Assembly: GCA_046292385.1 (NCBI GenBank)
Contig: JBKBRF010000003.1
Location: 64,001 to 128,000, forward strand
From: Armatimonadota bacterium
GTDB taxonomy: Bacteria > Armatimonadota > SYMT01
Reading direction: 5' to 3'
Length of the DNA: 64,000 nt
The translations under genes and the position numbers were made by a program. The notes beneath the pieces are model-generated. The model searched no databases and was not told the DNA's origin. It saw only the letters and a program-made list of their open reading frames with translations. Positions 47,241 to 56,366 of the stretch are shown here, one piece after another. The stretch's first letter is position 1; every line of letters starts with the position of its first letter.

Positions 47241-48362
47241 CTACCCCTTGCGGCCGACTCCGAACTGGTCGCCGTTGCGGACCGGCCGGTCGCCTTTCCA
47301 GACGATCTCTACCACCTTCTCGCTCTGCACCGGGCGGCCTTCCTCGTCGGAGAGCTCCGCGACGATCCGGCGGGTGCGGGTATCGATCACCTGGCCGGTG
47401 GAGGGGTAGGCGTAGCGGCCGTCCAGGCTGAAGGTGATCCAGCCGGGCTGGTCCCGCACCCCGATGCTGGCGACCTGCCGCGGCGGCTGCCGCGTGTTGT
47501 CGAACACGTGCATCCGGCTGTTGGCGGCGTCGCAGAGCCACACCTCCCGCTCGTCCGGCGTCAGGCCGACCCCGTGGCTGGGGCAGCCGTGGCGCTTGAT
47601 CGGCCCCTTCTGGTAGCCGCTCACCTCTACCCGGTGGAGCACTCGCCCGGTGCGGAGGTCGCCGACCTCGAACCCGAGCAGCTCGTTCACGTTCACGTAG
47701 CAGCGCTCCCCGGCGCCGTCGACCGTGAACGGCCGGATCGAGTGGCCGAACGGGCCGACTTCCTTCACGATCTTCTGCGTGCCGGTATCGACCACCCGCA
47801 GCAGCGGCGAGCGCAGCCCCGCCAGGAAGGCGCGGGAGCCGTCCCGGCTCACCAGCGTGTTGTGCGCGCCGGAGTCCGGGTTGATCTGCGCGAGGACGTC
47901 GCCGGTGAGGGCATCGACGACGTTCCAGTGCGGCCCCTCGAACGAGGGGGAGTAGATCGTCTTACCGTCCGGCGTGATCGACATGCGGTCGCACCCGCCC
48001 GGGTACTCCCGGCTCCAGAGCACCTTCTCCGTGCGGAGGTCGAGGCACGCCATCCGCTTCGGGGTGGAGAGGTAGAGGCGGCCGGTGGCGGCGCTGGCGC
48101 AGATCCCCTTCACGTTTTCCGCCGGCTCTCCCGGAGCCACCGGCCAGGTGGGGATCCGCTTCACCCACCGGTGGCCGCGGTCCATGTCGTAGACCAGCAC
48201 GCCGACGCCGCCCCACTCCGTGTAGTTGCGGATGCCCGGCGACGCCACGTAGAGCAGGCGCCGCTCGCCCTCGTCCTGGCCCGCGTCGAGCGGCCCCGCC
48301 GCGCCCGCCAGCACCGCGGCCGCTATGCCCAGCAGGAGCAAGCGTAGTCGAACCATCGTCAC
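47241..48362 (-). CDS. Secreted YncE/YVTN-like beta-propeller protein
   Basis: Signal peptide; repeats such as MSITPDGKTIY, HGVGLTPDEREVW, WITFSLDGRYAY. Confidence 0.8.
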   Translation of the reverse strand: MTMVRLRLLLLGIAAAVLAGAAGPLDAGQDEGERRLLYVASPGIRNYTEWGGVGVLVYDMDRGHRWVKRIPTWPVAPGEPAENVKGICASAATGRLYLSTPKRMACLDLRTEKVLWSREYPGGCDRMSITPDGKTIYSPSFEGPHWNVVDALTGDVLAQINPDSGAHNTLVSRDGSRAFLAGLRSPLLRVVDTGTQKIVKEVGPFGHSIRPFTVDGAGERCYVNVNELLGFEVGDLRTGRVLHRVEVSGYQKGPIKRHGCPSHGVGLTPDEREVWLCDAANSRMHVFDNTRQPPRQVASIGVRDQPGWITFSLDGRYAYPSTGQVIDTRTRRIVAELSDEEGRPVQSEKVVEIVWKGDRPVRNGDQFGVGRKG

Positions 48363-48551
48363 CTCTCCCGGCCTTCACGTTTCACTTAGGCCCGCACCCA
48401 GGTTGCGTCCAGCCGGGGGGATTTCCTGTGCCGACCCTGGAAACCCGGTGAGTAGCCGCATCGGGATTGTATTCAGAAACGGAGCAAGCATTCCGATACT
48501 CAGTAGCGGCGACGCACCGCCCTGGCGGCGCCGGACCTGGAGTCACCCCCT

Positions 48552-49346
48552 GTGTTGAAGAAGCGGCCGGCCAAGCGCTCTCCCCTCAAAGACAAACCCC
48601 TCAACCTGCCCGGCGAGTCACTCGAGCGCCAGCAGAGCGATCTTCTGGAAGACAAGGTCTTCCCGCTCGCGATGGTCGCCCTCTTCGCCATCGTCATGGC
48701 GGCGATCGAATGGTGGCGGTGGTATGCGCAGATCCCTCCCAGTCCGGTGTCGTACACCCTGCTCGCAGCAATCGTCAGCGTGATCTTCTGGTACCGGTGG
48801 AGAAAGGTACTTCCGGAGGCGAAAGCGCTCTGGCTGGGCGTCCAGGGAGAGCGGTTGGTCGGCCAGGAGTTGGAAGAGCTTCGCTCCCACGGCTGCCAGG
48901 TGTACCACGACCTCGAAGGCGATGGCTTCAACCTGGATCACGTGGTGGTCTCCCGGCGCGGCATCGTAGTGATCGACACCAAGACGCTGCGCAAGCCGGC
49001 GGACCGGGACGCGACGATTACCTTCGACGGCGAGCGCATCCTGGTGGACGGCCGCGAGCCGGACCGTGACTACCTGGTGCAGGCCGCCGCGGCGCGACGC
49101 TGGCTCCGAAACCTGCTGCGCGAGAGCACGGGGCGCGACTTCCCGATCCGCAGCGCTATCGTCTTCCCCGGTTGGTTCGTCCAGAACCAGGCGCTCAAAC
49201 GGAATGCCGAGGTGTGGGTCTTCAACCACAAGGCGCTGCTCAAGTTCATCCCGAACGAGCCGGAGGTGCTTCTGCCCAGCGACGTCGCGCTGGTCAGCCA
49301 CCGGATCAAGCTGCACATCCGTGACCAGGCGGCCAAGCGGACCTGA
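48552..49346 (+). CDS. NERD (nuclease-related domain) protein with N-terminal TM pair
   Basis: GVQGERLVGQELE, HDL..DGFNLDHVVVSRRGIVVIDTK NERD motif. Confidence 0.85.
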   Translation: MLKKRPAKRSPLKDKPLNLPGESLERQQSDLLEDKVFPLAMVALFAIVMAAIEWWRWYAQIPPSPVSYTLLAAIVSVIFWYRWRKVLPEAKALWLGVQGERLVGQELEELRSHGCQVYHDLEGDGFNLDHVVVSRRGIVVIDTKTLRKPADRDATITFDGERILVDGREPDRDYLVQAAAARRWLRNLLRESTGRDFPIRSAIVFPGWFVQNQALKRNAEVWVFNHKALLKFIPNEPEVLLPSDVALVSHRIKLHIRDQAAKRT

Positions 49347-49365
49347 TCCTGTCGCGCCTCTCTCG

Positions 49366-50355
49366 CTACCGGACGCGAGGGAGCGAAGCCGCCTCGGTGG
49401 AGGGCGCCTCTCCCACGCGGGGGAGCGCGGCGGGGTCGGTGGTGGGCTGTCCCGGCAGCGGGAGCCGCTTGAGCTCTTCGGTCAGCGACTCGATGCGCTC
49501 CACCGCGTCGCGGGTCGTCTCCCGAGTTTCGGTGTCCTGCTGGAGGAGGTCGGCGGAAATGCCGCGCAGCTCCGGCAGCACCTCCCGCAGCTCCACTGCC
49601 GGCCTCCGCGCGCCGATCTGGCAGAGGGCCGACGTGATTGCCTGGATCAGGCGGCCGCGGCTCCGGCGGCGGTGCAGGTAGAGGTAGGCGGCGGCGAGCA
49701 CCAGGAGGACGAAGGCGGGGCCGAACAGCCGCCCGGGGCCGGTGGTGGCGATGAGCCCCACCAGCAGCAGCAGCACGCCCGTAAGGAACGCCGGTCCGAA
49801 GACGAGCTGCTTCCAGGCCGCGCCGCCCACCAGGCACGCTCGCAGCGCCTCCCGCAGGGGCGGGATCGCCGTCTCGTCCCCGATCTCCCCCAGCACCTGC
49901 GCGGCATTGATGCGGGAGTGCTCTTCCGGGTCCCAGAGCAGGCACCGCCGCGGCAGCTCGCCGAGCCACGAGAGGATCGAGCCAGGCTGCTCGTTCCGCG
50001 GCGGCGGCTGCAGGAGCGCCGCCACCGCGGCGATCCCCTCCGGTCCGAAGTGGCGCAGCCCCTGCGCCGCCCGATGCGCCCGGACCGAGTCGCCCCACCG
50101 CACTCCCCGCAGCAGCGCCTCCAGCCCGGAAGCGCCCAGCGCTGCGAAGGCGGCGGTCGCCTCCGCCCGCACGGCTGCGTCTTCATCGGCTAGCGCTTCC
50201 CAGAGGGCGTCGGTCGCGTCCTCGCCGCCGAGGCGCAGCTCCCGCACCACCCGCAGACGCTCGGTGGGGTCGCCTCTCCGCAGGCGGCCGGTGAGGGTGG
50301 CTACCTGCATCCGGCGCACCCGGCGCTTCCGGTACTCGGTCTTCGAACTGGCCAT
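49366..50355 (-). CDS. HEAT/PBS-lyase-repeat membrane protein, array member 1 (numbered by coordinate)
   Basis: HEAT units, TM pair, conserved LPLP/LPRVG/LPRVR tail; start at MASSK (50355) inferred. Confidence 0.8.
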   Translation of the reverse strand: MASSKTEYRKRRVRRMQVATLTGRLRRGDPTERLRVVRELRLGGEDATDALWEALADEDAAVRAEATAAFAALGASGLEALLRGVRWGDSVRAHRAAQGLRHFGPEGIAAVAALLQPPPRNEQPGSILSWLGELPRRCLLWDPEEHSRINAAQVLGEIGDETAIPPLREALRACLVGGAAWKQLVFGPAFLTGVLLLLVGLIATTGPGRLFGPAFVLLVLAAAYLYLHRRRSRGRLIQAITSALCQIGARRPAVELREVLPELRGISADLLQQDTETRETTRDAVERIESLTEELKRLPLPGQPTTDPAALPRVGEAPSTEAASLPRVR

Positions 50356-50378
50356 CCGCTGGTTCTCCGCGCCGGGCC

Positions 50379-51347
50379 TCAGACCCGCGGCAGGGCGCGG
50401 GCGTCCGGCGTGGGCGCCTCGCCGACCCGGGGGAGGGAGGTGCCCACGCCGGAGACGCAGCCCGGCAGCGGCAGGTTCGACCCCTCCGTGAGCGCCTCGA
50501 TTCGCTCCGCCGCCGCCCGCGAGGCCTCCCGCGCCTTCGGGTCGCTCTGAAGGCGGTCGCGCTCGATCGACTGCAGGTCCGGCAGCAGCGTGCGCAGCTC
50601 CGGAGCGGGGCAGCGCTCCCCGATCCGCAGCAGGGCGTCCACGATCGACTGTCGCGCGAGGCTCTGCCTGCGCTGAGAAGTGAAGTACTGGAACGCAATG
50701 TTGATGATACTCATCGCAACCATGGCGAGTGAGCCTTGGAAGCCCAGCCAAACCTGTCCGAGGAGGGTTAGAGGCATGACCAGCACCGCGACCAGGAGCA
50801 CCGTCCAGCCGATCACCACCTGGCGGCGTCCTGATCGTCCCAGCAACTGCCCGCGCAGCACCTGCATGAGCGGCTCCACCGCACGCTGGTCCCCGAATTC
50901 TCCCAGGGCTTCCACGGCCGCGTGTCGAGCCGCTGGATCGTGGAGCGCCCGGCAGAGGAGCGGGACCGACTGCGGCAGGGCCAGCCGCTGGAGCGATTTC
51001 ACCGCCGCTACGCGCACGCCGTCGTCCGCCTGGCCCAGCGCGTCTTCCAGCGGCCCCAGCGCCTCCGGCCCGAAGAACCCGAGCGCCCAGGCCGCCTCCC
51101 GCCGCTCGCTGGCGTGACGGCTCCGCACCCGCACCGCCAGGCTCTCGAGTGCGACGGGGCCGATCCGGGCGAGCGACTTTGCCGACGCGGCACGGACCTC
51201 TTCCTCGTCGTCGCGCAGCGTCTCCAGCAGGCACGGCACCGCGGCGCGGCCGAAGTCTCCCAGCGCTCGCGCAGCCGCCTTTCGCTCCGCCTTTGCGCGC
51301 GACCGGAGCTGAATCCTCAGGTTCTGAAGCTGATCCGTGGGAGTCAT
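50379..51347 (-). CDS. HEAT-repeat membrane protein, array member 2
   Basis: As above; GGAG-like RBS. Confidence 0.85.
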   Translation of the reverse strand: MTPTDQLQNLRIQLRSRAKAERKAAARALGDFGRAAVPCLLETLRDDEEEVRAASAKSLARIGPVALESLAVRVRSRHASERREAAWALGFFGPEALGPLEDALGQADDGVRVAAVKSLQRLALPQSVPLLCRALHDPAARHAAVEALGEFGDQRAVEPLMQVLRGQLLGRSGRRQVVIGWTVLLVAVLVMPLTLLGQVWLGFQGSLAMVAMSIINIAFQYFTSQRRQSLARQSIVDALLRIGERCPAPELRTLLPDLQSIERDRLQSDPKAREASRAAAERIEALTEGSNLPLPGCVSGVGTSLPRVGEAPTPDARALPRV

Positions 51348-51411
51348 CCGCCGCTCCGAGGCCGCTGCCGGCAGGGCGCCGGTCCGTTACAGTTCGCGCT
51401 CCACGCGCCCC

Positions 51412-52158
51412 TCACCTCACCCGCGGCAGCGTGTCCGCCTCCGGCGTGGGAGCCTCTCCCACGCGCGGGAGGGTGGCCTCGTGCTGCGTCCCGGAGGCCG
51501 GCAGCGGGAGGCTTTTCAGGTTGTCGGTAAGCTCCCGAATACGCCGTGCGGCCTTCTCGGAAACAGGCCGGGTGCTCGGGTCTTGCTGCACCCAGCCGCT
51601 CCCGATCACCCGCAGATCCCGAATCACCTGCCGAAGCTCCGGCGTGGGATGCCGCTCCCCAATCCGCACCAGCGCGTCGATCAACGCGCGCCTTCCCTGC
51701 CCCCGTCCACGCCAGTCGAGAACCCTGCCGATCAAAGCCTGTCCCAGCCCGGTCAGGATGCCGACCAACCAATACTCCTTCAGATCCAACAGCCTATGCG
51801 CTATCACGGAGGCGTTAATGATGACGAGCATGGTCGCGAGGCACATCAGCCAGCCAAAGGCCAGGTGCCGCCAGGCGGAGCGGCCCACGAGGCTCGCGCG
51901 CAGTGCTTCCTGCAGCGGTCCAATCGCGCGTTCGTCTCCCACCTCCGCCAGCGCCTCGGCCGCCGCGAACCGGACGCGCGGCTCGCGGTCCCGCAGTGCC
52001 CGGCAGAGGGGCGGTACCACTTCCGGCCGCGGCAGACGCCGGAGCGCCTCCACGGCGGCCAGCCGCGCTCTGGCGCACGGCGATCGGAGCGCCGTCTCCA
52101 GCGCCGGCAGGTCCGGAAGCGGTGCAGGCTCGGTGAGCGTGGCCAGGGGAGAGAGCAC
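51412..52158 (-). CDS. HEAT-repeat membrane protein, array member 3 (short N-terminus)
   Basis: Fewer HEAT units; same TM pair and tail; start uncertain. Confidence 0.78.
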   Translation of the reverse strand: MLSPLATLTEPAPLPDLPALETALRSPCARARLAAVEALRRLPRPEVVPPLCRALRDREPRVRFAAAEALAEVGDERAIGPLQEALRASLVGRSAWRHLAFGWLMCLATMLVIINASVIAHRLLDLKEYWLVGILTGLGQALIGRVLDWRGRGQGRRALIDALVRIGERHPTPELRQVIRDLRVIGSGWVQQDPSTRPVSEKAARRIRELTDNLKSLPLPASGTQHEATLPRVGEAPTPEADTLPRVR

Positions 52159-52187
52159 GGGAGTTCTCGCAAGAAGCAGTTGGCCGG

Positions 52188-53285
52188 TTACCGGATTCTG
52201 GGCAGCGTCTGCGGGTCCGCGGCGGGCGCCTCTCCCACGCGCGGGAGAGTGGCTTCACCAGGGGACGCGTCCGCCGGCAGGGGGAGATCTTTCAGGTCTT
52301 TGGTAAGCTCTTCGATGCGACGCACGGCCTTGCGGGACGCCAGGGACATCGCCGTATCCTGCTGAAACCACCGGGACGCCATGAGACGCAAGTCCGGCAG
52401 GGCCGCGCGGAGCTCCAGGGAGGACTGACGTTCCCCGATCCGCACCAGCGCCTCCATTACCGCGCTAACTACCTCTCCGCGACGGCGGCGGTTGACTACG
52501 GAAACCGCGACCGCGTTTCCGATCATAACGAGGAATCCGCCCAGGTAGTCCAGATCCCACTTGAATGCTGTCAGCAGGAGAAGGAAGAGCGCAGGTCCAG
52601 AACCCAGGCCGAACAGAAGGCTAACCCAGAGGTGCCGCCTGGAAGAGCGTCCTACCAGCCCGTCTCGGAGCAGCTCCTGGAGCGGTCCGACGGCCGCTGC
52701 GTCCCCAACGTCCCCCAGCGCCTGGACTGCGGCCAGGCGGACGCGCGGGTCGCGGTCCTTCAACGCCTCGCAGAGGGGTGGAGCCGTTTCCGGCAGCCCC
52801 AGGCTCCGCAGCGCTTCCACGGCAGCGAGGCGGACGCGGTGGTCCCGGTCCCGCAGCGCGCCGCAGAGGAGCGGAGGCACCTCCGGCAGCCCCAGGCTCG
52901 GGAGCGCCTTCGCCGCCGCTACCCGCGTTCGCCAGGACCAGGAGGTTATCGCCCGCTCCAGCGCCGGCAGCGCGGCCGGGCCGTAGTGACTGAGTGCCCA
53001 GGCGGCGCACTCCCGCTCCACCGCGGTGGCCCCATCCAGACGCACCTCCAGCGCGGCCAGGGCCGGCGCGCCGATCCTGGCGAGAGAGAGCGCCGCGGCG
53101 AGGCGCACCTCCTCGTCGGAGTCAAAGAGGGCGCCGCAGAGGAGCTCCACCGCCTGCTCGCCGCAGTGGCCCAGCGCTTCCGCCGCGGCGGCCCGCTCCG
53201 ACACCTCCCGCGACTGGAGCCGCGCTTCCAGGCTCGCCAGCGGGGCGGGCTCCGTCTCGGGAAAGGTTGCTCTGGTCGAGATCAT
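52188..53285 (-). CDS. HEAT-repeat membrane protein, array member 4 (extra HEAT unit)
   Basis: Internal duplication SLGLPE..P.LC.AL.DRD.RVRLAAV; start 53285 or 53312. Confidence 0.85.
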   Translation of the reverse strand: MISTRATFPETEPAPLASLEARLQSREVSERAAAAEALGHCGEQAVELLCGALFDSDEEVRLAAALSLARIGAPALAALEVRLDGATAVERECAAWALSHYGPAALPALERAITSWSWRTRVAAAKALPSLGLPEVPPLLCGALRDRDHRVRLAAVEALRSLGLPETAPPLCEALKDRDPRVRLAAVQALGDVGDAAAVGPLQELLRDGLVGRSSRRHLWVSLLFGLGSGPALFLLLLTAFKWDLDYLGGFLVMIGNAVAVSVVNRRRRGEVVSAVMEALVRIGERQSSLELRAALPDLRLMASRWFQQDTAMSLASRKAVRRIEELTKDLKDLPLPADASPGEATLPRVGEAPAADPQTLPRIR

Positions 53286-53315
53286 GGCTGCGCTCGAAGG
53301 AGCCTCACGCAACTT

Positions 53316-54332
53316 TCACCGGACCCTGGGCAGCGTCTGCGGGTCCGCCGACGGTGCCTCGCCGACCCGCGGGAGAGACGCCTCGTCTCCCGAGGCAGTG
53401 CCGGGGAGGGGGAGAGTTTTCAGGCTCTCGGTGAGGGCCTCGATCCGTTGGATGGCCGCCCGGGATACCTGCCGGGTCTCTCTGTTCTGCACGAGTGGGT
53501 CCGAGACCATCCGGCGCAGGTCCGGGAGCACCTGCCGCATCTCCGGGCTCGGTCGTCTTTCGGCGATTTTCACCAGAGCCTCGGTGACGGCCTGCGTCAC
53601 TCTGCCTCGCTGCTGAATGCGCTCACGACTGCAGTCCACCGCGATGCCGAATCCGAACACCACCGCCCACACCGCCCATACCGCAGTCACGACCGCCAGG
53701 TCTCCTGTCAGCATGCGCAGGAGCAGGAATCCGCTCAGTGCCAGCACGAGAAAAACCGTGGGGCTCAACCGCCAGCGCCGGGTGAAGGGTCCGCCCACGA
53801 ATTCGGACCGGAGCAGGTCGTGGAGCGGGCGCACCGCCGTCTCGTCGCCGATAGCTCCCAGCGCCTCCACGGCGGCGATCCGCACGCGCGGCTCACGGTC
53901 GGTCAATGTCCGGAGGAGATGCGGCACCACCTCCGGCAGATGCAAGCGTCCGAGCACCTGCACCGCGGCCAGCCGGGTGTCCCAGACGCTCGATTCCAGG
54001 GCGCCGGCCAGGACCGGCACTGCCGCCGGTCCGCAGTAAGCCAGCGCCCACATCGCCCGCTCTCGGGTCTCGGCCGCGTCACTCTCCATCCTCGCCGCCT
54101 GCGCGCGGATCGCCGGAGAGCCGATTCTGCCGAGCGACTGCGCCGCCGCGATCCGCACCGCCTCGTCGGGGTCGTAGAGCGCCGCGCAGAGCGCCTGCAC
54201 CGCCGGGCCGCCGCGGCTCCCGAGTGCCTCCGCCGCAGCCAGCCGGTCCGACGCAGCCGCCGACCGCAGCCGGGTCTTGAGCTCCGCCAGGTCGGGGCCG
54301 GGATGCGGCGTCGCGGGGTGGAGCTCGCTCAT
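53316..54332 (-). CDS. HEAT-repeat membrane protein, array member 5
   Basis: ATGA overlap with member 6; same architecture. Confidence 0.87.
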   Translation of the reverse strand: MSELHPATPHPGPDLAELKTRLRSAAASDRLAAAEALGSRGGPAVQALCAALYDPDEAVRIAAAQSLGRIGSPAIRAQAARMESDAAETRERAMWALAYCGPAAVPVLAGALESSVWDTRLAAVQVLGRLHLPEVVPHLLRTLTDREPRVRIAAVEALGAIGDETAVRPLHDLLRSEFVGGPFTRRWRLSPTVFLVLALSGFLLLRMLTGDLAVVTAVWAVWAVVFGFGIAVDCSRERIQQRGRVTQAVTEALVKIAERRPSPEMRQVLPDLRRMVSDPLVQNRETRQVSRAAIQRIEALTESLKTLPLPGTASGDEASLPRVGEAPSADPQTLPRVR

Positions 54333-55435
54333 CGGACTCGGGGGAGGTGGTCGGCGTCCGCGTGGGGCGCGTGACCGACCCGTGGGAGCGAGGCGTCGTC
54401 GACGGAGGCAGCGGCGGGGAGCGGGAGGTCCTTCAGGCTTTCAGTAAGCCCTCCGATCCGGCGGGCGGCCGTGCGAGAAGCCTCCCGCGTTTCTGCGTCC
54501 TGCTGGATCGGATCGGCTGCCATCCGGCGCAGGTCGGGGAGCACCGCCCGCATTCCGGGACTTGGTCGTCGTTCCGCAATCGCCGAAAGGGCTCCGGTGA
54601 CGGCTCGCGCCACCGATCCTCGCTCCGTCCGATTCCGTAGATACTCCACCAGGACCAAGAGCAGCGCTACGAGACTCAGGATCGATCCCCGATCCTTCTG
54701 GAATAGTCCCGGAAGAAGCCCAGCAGCCGTGCCGAAGAGTACCAGACACAGGGGAAGAGCCAACCACCGACGGCGACCACTCAAGCCACCCACGAAGCCG
54801 GACTGTAACACTTCCAGGAGCGGTCGAACTGCCCTCTCGTCGCCGACCGCACCCAGCGCTTGCGCTACGGCGATCCGAATCCTCGGTTCGTTCTCCTCCA
54901 AGAGCCGGCAGAGGTGTGGCGTCACTTCCGGCTGACCGAGAGTTCCCAGCGTCTTCGCGGCGGCACCGCGGGTATCCCCGTATTTTGCTTCCAGGGCGTC
55001 AACCAGGATCGGCACTGCCGCCGGTCCGCAGTAAGCCAGCGCCCAGACCGCTCGCTCGCGGGTCTCGGAGCTTTCACTTTCCAACCGCGCGGCGAGCGCC
55101 CATATCCCCGGAGAGCCGATTCTGCCGAGCGACTGCGCCGCCGCGATCCGCACCGCCTCGTCGGGGTCGTTGAGCGCCGCGCAGAGCACCTGCACCGCTG
55201 GGCCGCCGCAGCTCCCGAGCGCCTCCGCCGCGGCCAGCCGCTCCGACGCAGCCGCCGACCGCAGCCGGGTCTGGAGTTCCGCCACGTCGGGGCCGGGATG
55301 CGGCGTCATAGAGTGAAGCTCGCTCATCGGACTCGGGGGAGGTGGTCGGCGTCCGAGTGGGGCGCCTGACCGACCCGTGGGAGCGAGGCTTCGTCGACGG
55401 AGGTGCCGCCGGGGAGCGGGAGGTCCTTCAGGTTT
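54008..55435. repeat. ~430-bp imperfect direct repeat (54008-54440 / 55003-55435, 995-bp period)
   Basis: Long identical stretches, e.g. ccggagagccgattctgccgagcgactgcgccgccgcgatccgcaccgcctcgtcggggtcgt and gctcgctcatcggactcgggggaggtggtcggcgtccg. Confidence 0.85.
54329..55327 (-). CDS. HEAT-repeat membrane protein, array member 6
   Basis: ATGA overlap with member 7; N-terminus nearly identical to member 5. Confidence 0.87.
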   Translation of the reverse strand: MSELHSMTPHPGPDVAELQTRLRSAAASERLAAAEALGSCGGPAVQVLCAALNDPDEAVRIAAAQSLGRIGSPGIWALAARLESESSETRERAVWALAYCGPAAVPILVDALEAKYGDTRGAAAKTLGTLGQPEVTPHLCRLLEENEPRIRIAVAQALGAVGDERAVRPLLEVLQSGFVGGLSGRRRWLALPLCLVLFGTAAGLLPGLFQKDRGSILSLVALLLVLVEYLRNRTERGSVARAVTGALSAIAERRPSPGMRAVLPDLRRMAADPIQQDAETREASRTAARRIGGLTESLKDLPLPAAASVDDASLPRVGHAPHADADHLPRVR

Positions 55436-56337
55436 TCGGTGAGAGCTTCGATCCGCTCAACCGCCGCGCGAGAGGCTTCACGGGTGCGGGGGTCGTGCTG
55501 GAGGCGGTCCTTCGCCACCACCCGCAGGTCCGGCAGCACCCGTCGCAGCTCGGGAGTCGGCGTCCGCTCGCCGATTTGCACCAGCGCCTTCGTCACCGCG
55601 CGAGAGTAGTCGCCGGTCTGCCGGCGCGACGCAAAGTACGAGTGGATCCGGCTGGTGAAGCCGGCCATGCTGCCGAAGAGGAACCCTCCCGCTCCGGCGA
55701 GCTCACTCTCGAAAGCGGCTCCCATGGCGACGCAGAACAGCGCTCCCCAACCGATCGCGACGAGGAGGCCCAGTCGAAGCTGTCGCTCGGCCGAGCGACC
55801 GACGAAGCAGCTCCGCAGCGCCTTGCAGAGCGGTCCGATCGCGCGCTCATCGCCGATCTCTCCGAGGGTCCAGGCGGCGGTCGACCGGGCGTAGTAGTCC
55901 CCGTCGCGCAGCATCTCACACAACAGCCGGGTGGTCTCCGGCCGCTTCAGCCGGCGGAGTGTTCGGAACGCAGCATTTCGCACTTCGCTGTCGGAGGACC
56001 GCAGCGCTTGCACCAGCGGCTTCAGCGCCTCCGAGCCGCAGAAGCCCAGTGCCCAAGCCGCCTTCCGCGGCTGGAGGAAGCTCCCGCAGTCGAGTAGCTC
56101 CGTCAGCGCTTCGATTGCGGGGCCGCCAAGGGTGCCGAGCGCCCGCGCGGCGGCGAGGCGCACTTGCTCGTCGGGGTGGTTCAGAGCGCGGCAGAGCGGC
56201 TCCACGGCACCGGCCTCCGCCAGGTCCGCGACGGCGGCAAGACACTGGTCCGGATCGTCCGACCGCAACCGCGCCTCCAGCCGGCGGAGCTCGGCCGGGA
56301 GCGCTCTTTCGCAAAGTGTGGCGCCGTTTACGGACAT
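55324..56337 (-). CDS. HEAT-repeat membrane protein, array member 7
   Basis: Same architecture; C-terminus nearly identical to member 6. Confidence 0.87.
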   Translation of the reverse strand: MSVNGATLCERALPAELRRLEARLRSDDPDQCLAAVADLAEAGAVEPLCRALNHPDEQVRLAAARALGTLGGPAIEALTELLDCGSFLQPRKAAWALGFCGSEALKPLVQALRSSDSEVRNAAFRTLRRLKRPETTRLLCEMLRDGDYYARSTAAWTLGEIGDERAIGPLCKALRSCFVGRSAERQLRLGLLVAIGWGALFCVAMGAAFESELAGAGGFLFGSMAGFTSRIHSYFASRRQTGDYSRAVTKALVQIGERTPTPELRRVLPDLRVVAKDRLQHDPRTREASRAAVERIEALTENLKDLPLPGGTSVDEASLPRVGQAPHSDADHLPRVR

Positions 56338-56366
56338 AACTCTACTCTACCGGAACCGTGTCGCTC

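Noticed and set aside
49366..51234. 622-aa ORF
   Set aside because: The N-terminal part overlaps array member 2 out of frame; the real gene starts near 50355.
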